Source of the DNA: Mytilus trossulus
Lineage: Eukaryota
Length of the DNA: 64,000 nucleotides
Direction of reading: 5' to 3'
Assembly (NCBI RefSeq): GCF_036588685.1
Contig: NW_026963290.1
Coordinates: 6,076,001-6,140,000 of the forward strand
Both the position numbers and the translations under genes were made by a program. Shown here in pieces: positions 1 through 12,100 of the stretch (the stretch's first letter is position 1; the number at the start of each line of letters is the position of its first letter). A model generated the notes under the pieces. It saw nothing but the letters and a program-made list of their open reading frames with translations, did not search any database and was not told the origin of the DNA.

Positions 1-1092
1 CAACCATCCAAGATGGCTGCCATGGCTAAAAATAGAACATATGGGTAAAATGCAGTTTTTGGCTTTTAACTCAAAAACCAAAGCATTTACAGCAATCTGA
101 CATGGGGTAAAATTGTTTATCAGGTCATGATCTATCTGCCCTGAAATTTTCAGATGAATCGGACAACCCGTTGTTGGGTTGCTGCCCCTGATTTGGTAGT
201 TTTAAGGAAATTTTGCTGTTTTTGGTTATTATCTTGAATATTATAATAGATAGAGATAAACTGTAAACAGCATTAATGTTCAGCAAAGTAAGATTTAAAA
301 ATAAGTCAACATGACCAAAATGGTCAGTTGACCCCTTTAGGAGTAATTGCTCTTTATAGTCAATTTTTAAGCATTTTTCGTAAATCTTTATCTTTTACAA
401 AAATCTTCTCCTCTGAAACTACTGGGCCGATTTAATCCAACCTTGGCCACAATCATCTTTTGGGTATCTAGTTTGAAAAATGTGTCCGATGACCCGGTCA
501 ACCAACCAAGATGGCCGCCACGGCTAAAAATAGAGCAAAGGTGTAAAATGTAGTTTTTGGCTTTTAACTTAAAAATCAAAGCATTTAGAGCAAATCTGGC
601 TCAGGAAAATTGTTTATCAGGTGAATATCTATCTGCCGTGAAATTTTCAGATGGATTGGATATTCTGTTGTTAGGTTGCTGCCCCTGAATTGGTAAATTT
701 CAGGAAATTTGGCCATTTTTGGTTATTATTTTGAATACTATTATAGATAGAGACAAACTGTAAAAAAACAATAATGTACAGCAAAGTGATACCTTAAAAT
801 TAGTCAACATGACCAAAATGGTCAATTGAACCTCTAAGGAGTTATTGTCCTTTATAGTCAACTTTTAACAATTTTCATAGAATTTGTAAATCTTTACTAA
901 CATTTTCCACTAAAACTACTGGGCCAAGTTCATTATAGATAGAGATAATTGTAAGCAGCAAGAATGTACAGTAAAGTAAGATGTACAAACACATTACCAT
1001 CATCAAAACACAAAGTTGTCATGAATCCATCTGCGTCCTTTGTTTAATATTCACATGGAGCAAGGTGAGCGACACAGGCTCTTTAGAGCCTC
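1..1092 (+). mobile_element. 3' part of a non-autonomous Helentron/HINE-like repeat with internal ~500-bp tandem units
   Basis: CAACCATCCAAGATGGC at 1 recurs as CAACCAACCAAGATGGC at ~499. The element ends in AGGTGAGC (1063-1070) followed by the hairpin AGGCTCT-TTA-GAGCCT (1076-1091). Classification is inferred from this end structure. Confidence 0.55.
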
Positions 1093-1324
1093 AAGTTATT
1101 CTGAAGCTAAGATTGTATTACCGATGTTTTTCAACTGATCGGGCGGAGATTACGTTTTAATTCGCACAGGGACTGTCTATTTGATGATGTGTATGATACG
1201 GATGATTGCCGTTATAATTATCATTCAATTCTATTCACTTAGCAGTGTCACCAGACTGATATGAACATTACCTGAGTGTATACGTATGATATCAGACGAA
1301 TAAAATAGTTAAAACCTGGTTTAA

Positions 1325-1913
1325 GGTAAATCATAAGTATATACTTTTTGAGATAGAATTTTCTATAATTTGCCAAAATGAAGACTTTACTCTGCTTTTT
1401 AAAAAAATATAATAAAACGTATTGGTCACCGTGCTATTATTCAAGCTATGAGTCGTTGAAAATTGCCTAAATTTGGTTAGATTGTTCATGAAAAAACACA
1501 TGTGTGTAATAAAAAATATTCTATGAGATAGAATTTTGAAATAAATTGTGAAAAGACAGGTTTTATTACATGTTTTAAGAAAAGAAAAATAAAAAAGGGG
1601 GTCACCGAACTTGACTTCTTGCTACAAGTAATAATAAAAAAATTCCCTATATGCCCAGTATACATTTTTTACTTAAAGAGTTATCTCCCCTTAAATGGCT
1701 CATTTGAAAAAATGATTCTAAAAACGAAAGAAAATGATATTTGTTTAAATAATTTGGATAAAACAATAAATCACCAAGTTTTCCTTGTATAAATAAATAG
1801 TCTAACAATCAAATTGCAAATCTGTCTAAAAGTTTGCAGATATGGGCAAATAACTAGACCGATTTTGTACTGTGATTGTACAATCCAAGATGGCGATATA
1901 CCATGTATCTACC
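1325..1913. mobile_element. TTAA-flanked MITE (Kolobok/piggyBac-type ends)
   Basis: TTAA|GGTA... at 1321-1328 and ...TACC|TTAA at 1910-1917; imperfect terminal inverted repeat; no ORF. Confidence 0.5.
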
Positions 1914-2327
1914 TTAAATCAGAATTTGTCCGGATAATTCTGTATCTGATTTATTGGTAGTTGTTACTTAAATATTTTAATTTCCTTTTGTTTCATTTAA
2001 TATGCTTCAAGTAATATTTTCAAGAATTCAAAGTTCAAAGATTCTAAAAACATTTAGATTTTGGAAACATTTGCAACAAGTGACAACTACTAATGAATAA
2101 TGTGACGATAATTTTGTTTTCGCCAGTAAGGTCGGGGGATTATGAAAATAGGAAATAGATTACCTAAATTGCAACAAAATGTACATACGACAAAAAGCTT
2201 GAACAAAAATTACTTGATCTACAAAATGTTCGAATTTGTTTTAGATGAAATCCTAGCATGATAATATAATTGAAATCCTTGACAAAAAATCCTTCTCGTC
2301 TTTTAAGTTATTATTAAGACGAGAAGG

Positions 2328-2388
2328 ATATTTATGAGACAATCACTTGATATAAGACTCTTATATCAAGTGATTGTCTCATAAATAT
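2328..2388. repeat. Perfect 30-bp-arm palindrome with 1-nt spacer, adjacent to a second hairpin at 2289-2329
   Basis: ATATTTATGAGACAATCACTTGATATAAGA-C-TCTTATATCAAGTGATTGTCTCATAAATAT; the arms are exact reverse complements. Confidence 0.95.
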
Positions 2389-2639
2389 AAGGTGTGCACA
2401 ATGACCAATTTGGATCAGTCATACTCATAATTCTGAAAAGGATACATGTCTATGTTACTTAAAATTATATTGTCACGTGAACTAACATTGATTGGATGAT
2501 TATTTGTACTAACCACAACCTTCGCACTTTTTTCATTTAAGGTGTGCTTGGATTGTATAAATTGGGGATGTGTCTTGTGATATATATTAGCCTTTGACAG
2601 GACAAATAACAGTCGTATTCAATTGAGATTGGAGTCGGC

Positions 2640-2725
2640 CATACATGCCACAAGCGGGATTCGAACTCGCAATCTCAGTGTTGATTAGTTGAGATAAATT
2701 ACTCAGATCACTCAACCAGTAAGGT
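2640..2725 (-). mobile_element. Degenerate tRNA-derived SINE head
   Basis: Minus strand reads GCGAGTTCGAATCCCGCT (Pol III B-box like); no complete cloverleaf. Confidence 0.4.
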
Positions 2726-3239
2726 TGAGTTGTTTGTATTCGCCATACAAAATTGTATTACAATGATCATACTTTTTATTTTCAAATAAAAAATTTTAAA
2801 ATCTACCTTTCAAGTCAATTTTTATCTTGTCTTCAAAAAGTATATGTCTATCATTCTGTCATTTAGAGTGGTTCTTTTAAAACAGAAAAAAGTGTTTACG
2901 ACCAGCAGCAAGTCTTTTAATATTATTATGCTGGAATTCTTGGAATTATCATATTGAATCTAAGATTATAATACCAATGTTATTTCAACTGATCGGGCTA
3001 ACGTTTTAATTTGCATGATGGCAGTCGTTTTGTAGATGTGTGTGATAGGATGAATGCCGTTATCAATATTATTGAATTCTAATCACCTATATATCAGGGT
3101 CACTAGACGGATATACACAAGACCTGACTGTATGTTATTAGACCAAGATATTAGTAATCTAGTAATCTGTCTTAATTATACACACATCTCATTTTCTAAA
3201 CATTTTTAAATACTATGAGGCCGTTTCTCTTTGGGTATG

Positions 3240-3615
3240 GCTTATAAGTTACAAAGTTCCCTTGGTATCTTTTGTAATAAATGCTCAAACATGTACTTTT
3301 ATGTTTTACGATTTTAGTGTAACTGCCATCCATCTAAGTTTTAAATACTGCCTATATTCCCACGTGTCAGGAAGTACGACCAGACAAAACAATTCATAAC
3401 AAGATGACAGGAAATGTCATTTCTTTGACAAACGAATATTTAGTGAAGGCAATACATTTGTTTTATATCTATCTCTCGAAACATAAACGATTGTTTTAAA
3501 AATATCTTTCCGGTTATAACAAATACAATATTAAGTAATTCAAACTTTTACAAAATTATGTTGAAACTATTGTTATTTTACCATTTTCTATTCTTTTTTC
3601 TATAATTGTTTTCAA
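3240..3615 (+). promoter_or_regulatory. Candidate upstream regulatory block, paralogous to ~28085-28460
   Basis: Alignable by eye with 28085-28460. It contains an identical 30-nt core ATTCATAACAAGATGACAGGAAATGTCATT and two ETS-like sites (CAGGAAGT 3368-3375, CAGGAAAT 3408-3415). Function is inferred. Confidence 0.4.
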
Positions 3616-3931
3616 TATGCACAATGCAATGACGACCTCACATATATCTAATATAAACTATTGTCCCTTCAGTTGCAATAAGATGCAAAGTTAGTTTAAA
3701 CAACCCAAATTTCCATACCACAAAATTGAATTCAATGCGTATAAAATGCATCTACTGCCAAAAAGCAATTTTTGACTACGAGTAAGTAAAGAGAGGTAAA
3801 AGAGACGTTTATGATATGAATCAGTCGCTTGTTACGCTTTGTACCCTTATCATTGTTACTTAAAAATAAAAGATAAATACCATTGTCTTTTTATATAGTC
3901 TATGTTTGGTTTTCTTTACTTTTAAAGAGAT

Positions 3932-4726
3932 ACTGAGCCAAAAAAGTAAAGCAACACTTTTATTTTTAAATATTTTGTGTTGTTTTTGAAAAAAAATATT
4001 TAAACATCATTGATATAATCTCTAATTTTACCTGTTATTTAAAACAGTCGTACTTTTTTCCTTGTGATTGATTTTGTGCCATGTCAGCTTTGCACGGGTA
4101 ATTGATGTTCTCCCTTCTGTATGTGTACTTTTAAAACGAACGTTCAGAAACACACCAATGGTAATAAAAACACATACACCTTTGAAAAAATCCACCAGGC
4201 CTCCCCGAAAATGACCGTCAGAAAGCTCTTCGAATGGTTTATGCCGGAATAAGTGTTGCTGACATTGTGGCTCGATTTAGTATGCACAAGGCAACAGTTA
4301 AAGGGACTAACAAACAGATATCGACAAATTGCAACTGCACAGGATAGGTCGATATCTCGTAGACCAAAAAAATTATCGTCAAGGAAGGAGCGCAACATTT
4401 GCTTTACGTAAACACGTGACAATTTTTTTTCCGGCCACAAGAGTAGTGCATTTAATAAAGGCTGCTGCTGGTGTGCCTGTCAAACCTTCATTGGTGTACT
4501 TAAGGCATGGCTGAGAAATATATATTGAATAACACTATACTCCTTTCCGCATTTTGACCCTCCCGTGCTCCCTCCAAAGAAAATCCTAATGAATGTGAGT
4601 GATAAACATTCATGTTGCTTCTGGCATGTCAAAATTCCATTTTGTTATTATTAAAATTATATGTTGTTATGATTTTGTAATAAAATAAAATTTCACATTT
4701 CTGTTGCTTAACTTTTTTGGCTCAGT
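3932..4726 (+). mobile_element. Internally deleted Tc1-like transposon
   Basis: 24-bp TIRs ACTGAGCCAAAAAAGT(A/T)AAGCAAC (23/24 match). Frameshifted N-terminal transposase HTH at ~4195-4410: LPENDRQKALRMVYAGISVADIVARFSMHKATV / LTNRYRQIATAQDRSISRRPKKLSSRKERNI. Confidence 0.8.
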
Positions 4727-6123
4727 TTATTATGCTGTTATCTGTGGGCAAGCACAAGGAATCTGTTTTACCATGTCTCCTTGATATAATTCAAGTCACT
4801 TCCTTGAAAATTAACTGAAACAATCATGACAGGGTAGAATATAACAAATTGTGACGGAGATGGCAAAGTAAAATCACAAAAATGCTGAACTCCAAGGAAA
4901 ATTCAAAATGGAAAGTCCCTAATCAAATACCAAAATCAAATGCATGAATACCAACTGGCATTTTACTGACTTGGTACATATATTATCATATGCTAAAAAG
5001 GATGGATTTAATCTACTTGATAACCTTAATGTAAACCTCAACTGATCTATATTCAAACGAAGTCAAAAACCCGTCTTTTTTTCTAATTCCGCTCTTTCGG
5101 ATTTTAGTTTCATTGTATGTATAAAAAGTAACACGAAAGACTGCTTTTTAAAACAGACTATGGAGAATTGTCTCATTGGCACTCACACCACATCTTCTAT
5201 ATCTATAAAAGCTTTCGTTATTTTTCTTAATAATATTTATGTTCGTGTTGTTTGTGGAGATGCACTTTATCAGTAAGGAATTGATATTTCAATGGGCATT
5301 ATTTGAACCCTTTTTGCATATAATTGTATTTACCTTTGTAAATCACTGGTTATAATTTCTTAATTTTATTGAGCCTCAACGAAACCCAAGTTTGTTCTAT
5401 ATTCTGATAGTTCGAAACAAAACCATCAGGTATTTGGACGTCGTGTTCCCTGTACAGAGTGTAAAGAGCAAAATTCTGTAAAACATTTGTCATGTAGAGT
5501 CTTTCTGAAACGAGATAAGAATTCTACACAATTATTTAATAAATGCCAAATGTAATTACTAGTAAGTAAAACAATATTGATAACACTCTTAAACATCAAT
5601 GCTGAATAGTTAAACATCTGCAATTTAGGGTTAAGTCGCTTTTCAGTATTAATCCTTTGATACTGAACCGTAATAAATATATAATATTAGTGAAAGAAAG
5701 TAAGCGCTGACATTTCTTAAACAGATCAATACAGGAATCATACTTCTAGTGCGAGTAGTATAATTGTATTCACTGAAATTCCTCTCCTTCACTATTAATT
5801 GATGTCCACTTATATTTAAACGGACCATAAAACTTCAAATAAATAGACAAATTTACATATCATAAACATGATTTACGACTTTAAATGTTTACAAATTAAC
5901 AGAATATTATGGTTTCTATTTTCAATTGTATTACTGTCATTTATGGTAAATTTACATATATTTCTTTGCACGTTTTTGCAAGTATTTTGATCCTACATTA
6001 TATTATATCTTTATTTATCTTTTGTTAATAACACTGTAGTGTGTGTAATTTAAATATCAAATATTTTGTATGTGTTGTAACAGGAAGTTTTATCACAACA
6101 TTGAAAAGAAAATACATCTACAT

Positions 6124-6172
6124 ATGGATCTAGCTTACTCCTTTATGATTGTTTTTCATATTGCTGCTTTCA
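6124..6172 (+). CDS. Exon 1, signal peptide MDLAYSFMIVFHIAAF
   Basis: ATG plus hydrophobic stretch followed by a strong phase-1 donor GTAAGT, in frame with exon 2. Confidence 0.75.
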
Positions 6173-9100
6173 GTAAGTATAATAATATCGGAGTAATTAG
6201 TCATTTCCAGCAGCATGGGTTTGTTTGAGTTGTAAACACAACTTTTCTGTCCAATTAATTGTTAAGATGAAGTTCGATTTTCTTTTCAAAAGCTAAGGTC
6301 TATCCGCCTATTTGATTTTGTTTATTTGAAAATAACATGGTTATGCACTTTTGTACAGTAGATGTAGAATTGTATCAATGCAATTCAACCGAGGTACGTC
6401 TTAGGTACAAAAGTATTTTCAACCAAATGCAAGTTGTTAAATCACTGTAGGCATTTCCTCAAAACAAATTCTATGACCTCAATGTTTTGCACTTAAGATC
6501 AGATGAATTATTGAAATAAATATTATAATAAATTATATAACATTTTTATACATTATATACGATTATAAACAATTAGAGTTTGTAAGCGACACTTCATTGG
6601 TTTATCATGAGTGAAAACAACTTATTTGTACAAATCGCCTTGTTTCGATGTCGAAGGGACTAGACAAAAGTATTTGACTGATCCGAGGTTCGACTAATCC
6701 GAGATATAGTGTGTCGTCATGAATTGAGAATGCGTGAAATACAGTATGAGAGTTGAGTAAACTAGATACTTCAAAAAGTTTGTCTATTTTCATTTCTTAT
6801 TAAACACACACGTACAGATGAAAAGCAAAATCAATATCCTTCAGAAATATTTAAAAAGGTCAGTCACTATCAATTATGAAATTATCCGTGGAACGAAATA
6901 AATTCTGAATATCCTTATAAGGTCGTTTGCTTTTCAATAAATTATCATGAATAAACATAATTGCTCAAATCCTGCATACACACCTACAGCAAATTTAGTC
7001 AGGTTTATACTGTGCAAACACAATAAAAGGGAGGACAGTAGTTGAAATTTGGTTAGGATTTTACTTCTGCTTATTGAAAAACATGATCTCGAGTAAACAC
7101 GGTCGATATTTAAGAAAATTTTGACAAAACTCATGGTGCCAATTTTACGTGACGGCGAATTTAGTAAATAGTTCTGACGTCGTAAGAGCATTTAATTGAA
7201 AGTCTTTTAATACCGTCTTAAACATGAGAAACGTTTCGACTAGTATTGTGAAAATATTTGGCTGAATTTCAAGATTAAATGTTCGTTACAAAATAAGTCA
7301 TTGTTTGTGATGTCCTATACTTTTGTTAAGATGTTCCTTGTCTATCTAATGTTTTCATGTTGTAACGACTATTGTATCATGTATTTGTTCGTTTCTCTAT
7401 GCTTAGCTGTCTTTCGTTTGTTAGTGCTGTATTGCTGTCACGTAGTGTTGTCATCTTACTGAATTTTCTTAACATTACCTTACGAACGACAGGTTCGGCT
7501 AGCTATAGAACCAGAATCAATTCTACATTTTTTCTGAAAATGTCCTGTACTAATTCAGGAATATGACAGCTGTGATCACATACTCCGATTATCAAACAAT
7601 TCGTTTCTATGTATGTTGGTGGTTGTTTTCGTTGCACTTCAGTGTTTCTGTTGTTACGTTGTTTTCCTTTTAATGTTAGAGTATTTGACGTACATGTATC
7701 AACCTTCAACAAAAAAGCCACAACCAATAGTGTACAGATATACGACACGTAATGCGTAAAAACTTTGTGACCAAATGAGGCATACAGATAAATAGGGTTC
7801 ATAATCGACTATTTGAGAAAGATATGTTTTAAACTCACATTGTTTGTTCTGTAAGTTATCATTTTCTTATATAATTATTCATCTACCAAAGAATCATCAT
7901 GCTGATTTGTAAGGATGTTGAAGGGATGTATTGATATTTTTAAACCAAACTATAGTTCGTTATTTCCTTTTCACTGTTCATTCTAATCTAACAATTGATG
8001 TTTTAATTCATTTCATAGATACATTTGTATTAAAAGTTGATGCAACAGGTTCAGGTACTTCGGCAGATCCTTTTCAACAGTATGCTAAACGAGGACAGGA
8101 GGCAGTTCTACAGTGTACATATGAAAGGGAGTTCCTAAAATGGTACAAAAATGTGACAATTATATCTAATAGGAATTCTGTCATTGATTCTACAAAGTAC
8201 AAAGTATCAGCCACAAGCACTGGTTTGTACTACAGATTACATATACTGAACGTTCACCTCGGTGATAAGGGGATTTACATATGTCGAGGAGGGATAGGTG
8301 AATCATACTACATTCATCTGATTTTATATGGTACGCAGTTGTATACTTATAAATAATAGTATTATAAATCAACCAAATGACATATTTCTCGTACTATGAA
8401 CAACAATATTAAAAAAAATATTTCCGTACTCCTACGAACAAAGTTATTTTATTTATAGTTACCTGCGTACGCCATACTGTCCTAGTTTATATTTGTCCTT
8501 ATGACATTGCTTTTTATATTTTATATCATTTTGTGTCATAGATATAATTTATTTCGTGCTGTGTATGTGTTCTTGTTTTTTTAATATTTCTTATTGATTC
8601 AGTTAAGCATTTCATTTGATATTTCTTTATATATTTTTTTTCTATACTAAGATATACTAAGACATTTAGAATATGCAAATGTTTCAAGTAAGGTTGTCCC
8701 TTAGGTGTAGTTCGTGACCCTGAATTTGTTCAAGTTCAATCGATTTAGGACTATTGTACAGCGATATAATACTTTTGTCGTAATTTAAAGCAATGTGGAC
8801 GAAAATAAAGTCAGAAGAAAATACAAAAGTCAAATAAATTAATCTTGTTCTTTACTTTAGAGCAGCCTTTGCGTTTGACTATACAAAATGCCTCTACAGA
8901 TAACACATTGATTGGAACAGAAGGACATGACCTGCATATTGAATGTGTTGCAGTTCAAGGAATTCCTGTTCCTTTGTTATCCCTTGTAGTACTTGGTACA
9001 ACTGTTCAAACTGACTTCCAGGAATTGCGATACGTTTTGCGAAACATACCTAGAATTTATGATACAACAAATGTATCATGTATAGCAAACAGTTCTGCTT

Positions 9101-12100
9101 TGGATAATCCAATGACAACTACTGCTTTAATATATCTTAATCGTAGGTATCAATATATTTCTATAATAAGTTATGTTGATTTGTCCAATCAATTTTGAAC
9201 AGAATGATTGGTTAAAAAAATAATTTGTTCGCCACAGGAAGAGCTTCAGTAAGACCCTTTTGAACCCAAAATATATCAGTTTTACAAAATTTGTATAATG
9301 TAAACTTTTAGCCAATTTTTAGAATGTTGACTACTTCTGCTTCATAAATATGAAATGTTTTTGACAATATGATGCGCATATATCAGGTACTAGCATCATT
9401 AAGTCATGCTAAATTACTGAAATCTTCGCAATTTTAGTATGGCAGTAAAATTTTAGATTTTTGTCTTAAATGGAAGTGGCCACATTTTTGTTCATTCTTT
9501 GTATTACATGTAAGTTGTATTTGATGATAATACATAACATATATAAAGACTGAGGGTGAACATGGATGCGGCAACATTCATTGTTTTCCCACAAACTAAT
9601 CGAATCGACTGAAGTAGACAAATAAGTGTTTAAAAATGTACAAAATCGTTCTTCATAGGAACCTAATATGTGAGGCCAAAATCGGCCCTTACCAGATCTA
9701 CTCCTTTACATCTTAAGAACCGAGTTCTGGATGTAGATTACTTCTTATAGAGGTTTACGTATAAAAAAAATCAGTGAGAAATAACTATAGAGTATCTTAT
9801 TATGAAACGTGCTACTTCAAATACTTTCAAAGCGGTTTGTGTTTGTACCGGCCGACAAAGCAGCCAGCAATGTAGTTGTGGTATGACGTAAATACTACAC
9901 GGACGTTCTTAAGAATGAAATTATAAATTCATCTACTTTTAAGTCCATCCGCTTCACAGAGATTCATATCGTAAACAAGCATATCACAACCACATCAAAG
10001 CTTAAGGCTTCTTCGTAACATTTGACTACTATAAATTGGCTACCTAAACCAAAAATCATTTAAATATCGTTTCAAATCGGCCTCTAGTAAGTGTTCTACA
10101 ACTTATCTGCCAGTGCTCTTGACTAGTTCATTAACTACTATTAAAGAGCTTATCATAAATTATTGTAATAAAATATATGAACATAGTGGTATAAACCATT
10201 TTTGGAGTCTAAACAATTCTTTGGATGTTTTAGATAAATTGCGGGCTTTTGATGGTCCTTTTGATTCTGTTAATAGTTTTGATTTTTCTACTCTTTACAC
10301 TACACTTCCAAACTATCTTATTAAACAAAAGTTTCCTATTTAATATTTAAATGGTCGTTTGGTAAAGCTGAATGTAGATATATTTGCTGCAACTCATGTA
10401 AAGCCTTCTTCTCTAATAAGAAAGGTGAATATGCTAAATATACTTACTGGAGGTGTGATGAGATGATTGAGGCTGTTAATTTTCTCCTTGATAATATTTA
10501 CTTACGTTTCGGCAACAAAGTTTATCAACAGGTTGTAGGTATCCCCATGGGCACTAATTGTGCCCCTTTAATAGCAGACTTGTTTTTGTACTGTTACGAA
10601 TCACAGTTTATGACTAAACTCAGTTGATAAATTCAACAACACCTACCGTTATCTTGATGTTATTTTTTCGTTAAATAATCAAGAATTTTCTCAATATACT
10701 GCTGAAATTTACCCCAAGGAACTTACTTTAAATAAATCAAATGTATTCGGTAATAACTTCCTTTCCTGGATTTAGATATTTCGGTTTAAACGGGAAACTA
10801 CACACTAAAATTTACGACAAAAGAGATGATTTTTCGTTCCCTATCGTTAATTTTCCATTTTTAGATGGTGATGTTCCTTTGGCACCATCTTACGGTGTTT
10901 ATATTTCAAAACTTGTTCGCTATGCCCGTGTCTGTTGTGACGTTTTTGATTTTAACGAACGCAACCTATGTATATCTGGTAAATTATTAAACCAGGGATA
11001 TCGTTACCATAAATTACTTTAAACCTTTACTAAATTTTTCCTAGATATAAAGATTTGGTTTTGAAGTTTGGTTGTACCTGTAGAAAACTTATTTCAAACG
11101 GGATAGCACATCCTCATTTTTACGGAAATGTTGTTAACCGTGCCCTGAAATTTAGAAATGATCCATGTAAACTTGTTGCTCCTTTAAATAAACTTATTCT
11201 TAAAGGTGACCTATTCAACACTGTGATAAGATCATTGAATATTGTTTTTTTTGGTATAAATATTGACTTTGTTATAAGTAGATTAAAAGCTAACTAATTA
11301 TAACTAGTATGTTATATACATATACATTTTCATGGACTTACAATCTGTCGATACCTGTAACTTGGCATTGCACAAGGTCATGTTTTTCTCTGGCTGTTTA
11401 TAACGTCTTTACACTAAATCCATTGTATGTTGGATGTGTACGGATTGATTGCTTAGTCTTAGAGGCATGATTTTTTTATTAGTTGTTAATGGCTTTGAAC
11501 TAGCTGTCAGATAACTGCGAGTACTCTCAGATCTGTTCATTGTGTCTTTTTATGTCGGGATGTATAAGTACCCGGCCACGTCAACTTTTATGTTTTGTCT
11601 ATCTGATGAGTTAAGCCTTTTCAACTGATTTTTATAGTTCGTTCTTATGTTGTACTGTTAAACCACTGTCCCAGGTTAGGGGGAGGGTTGGGATCCCGCT
11701 AACATGTTTAATCCCGCCACATAATTTATGTATGTGCCTGTCCTAAGTCAGGAGCCTGTAATTCAGTGGTTGTCGTATGTTTATGTGTTACAATTTTGTT
11801 TTCGTTAATTTTTTTTACATAAATAAGGCCGTTAGTTTTCTCGTTTGAATTGTTTTACATTGTTTTATCGGGGCCTTTTATAGCTGACTATATGCGGTAT
11901 GGGCTTTGCTCATTGTTGAAGGCCGTACGGTGACCTATAATTGTTAATGTTTGTGTCATTTTAGTCTTTTGTGGATAGTTGTCTCATTGGCAATCATACC
12001 ACATCTTCTTTTTTTATACATATTCAGATAGAGGTTTTTTTTCTATCCTTACATAGAACACATGCATGCATAGACATATATGAGTATCGATTTTTGTTTA

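Noticed and set aside
11600-11640. CTGATGAG in the Penelope-like 3' region as a hammerhead
   Set aside because: No GAAA or cleavage triplet follows the putative stem II.
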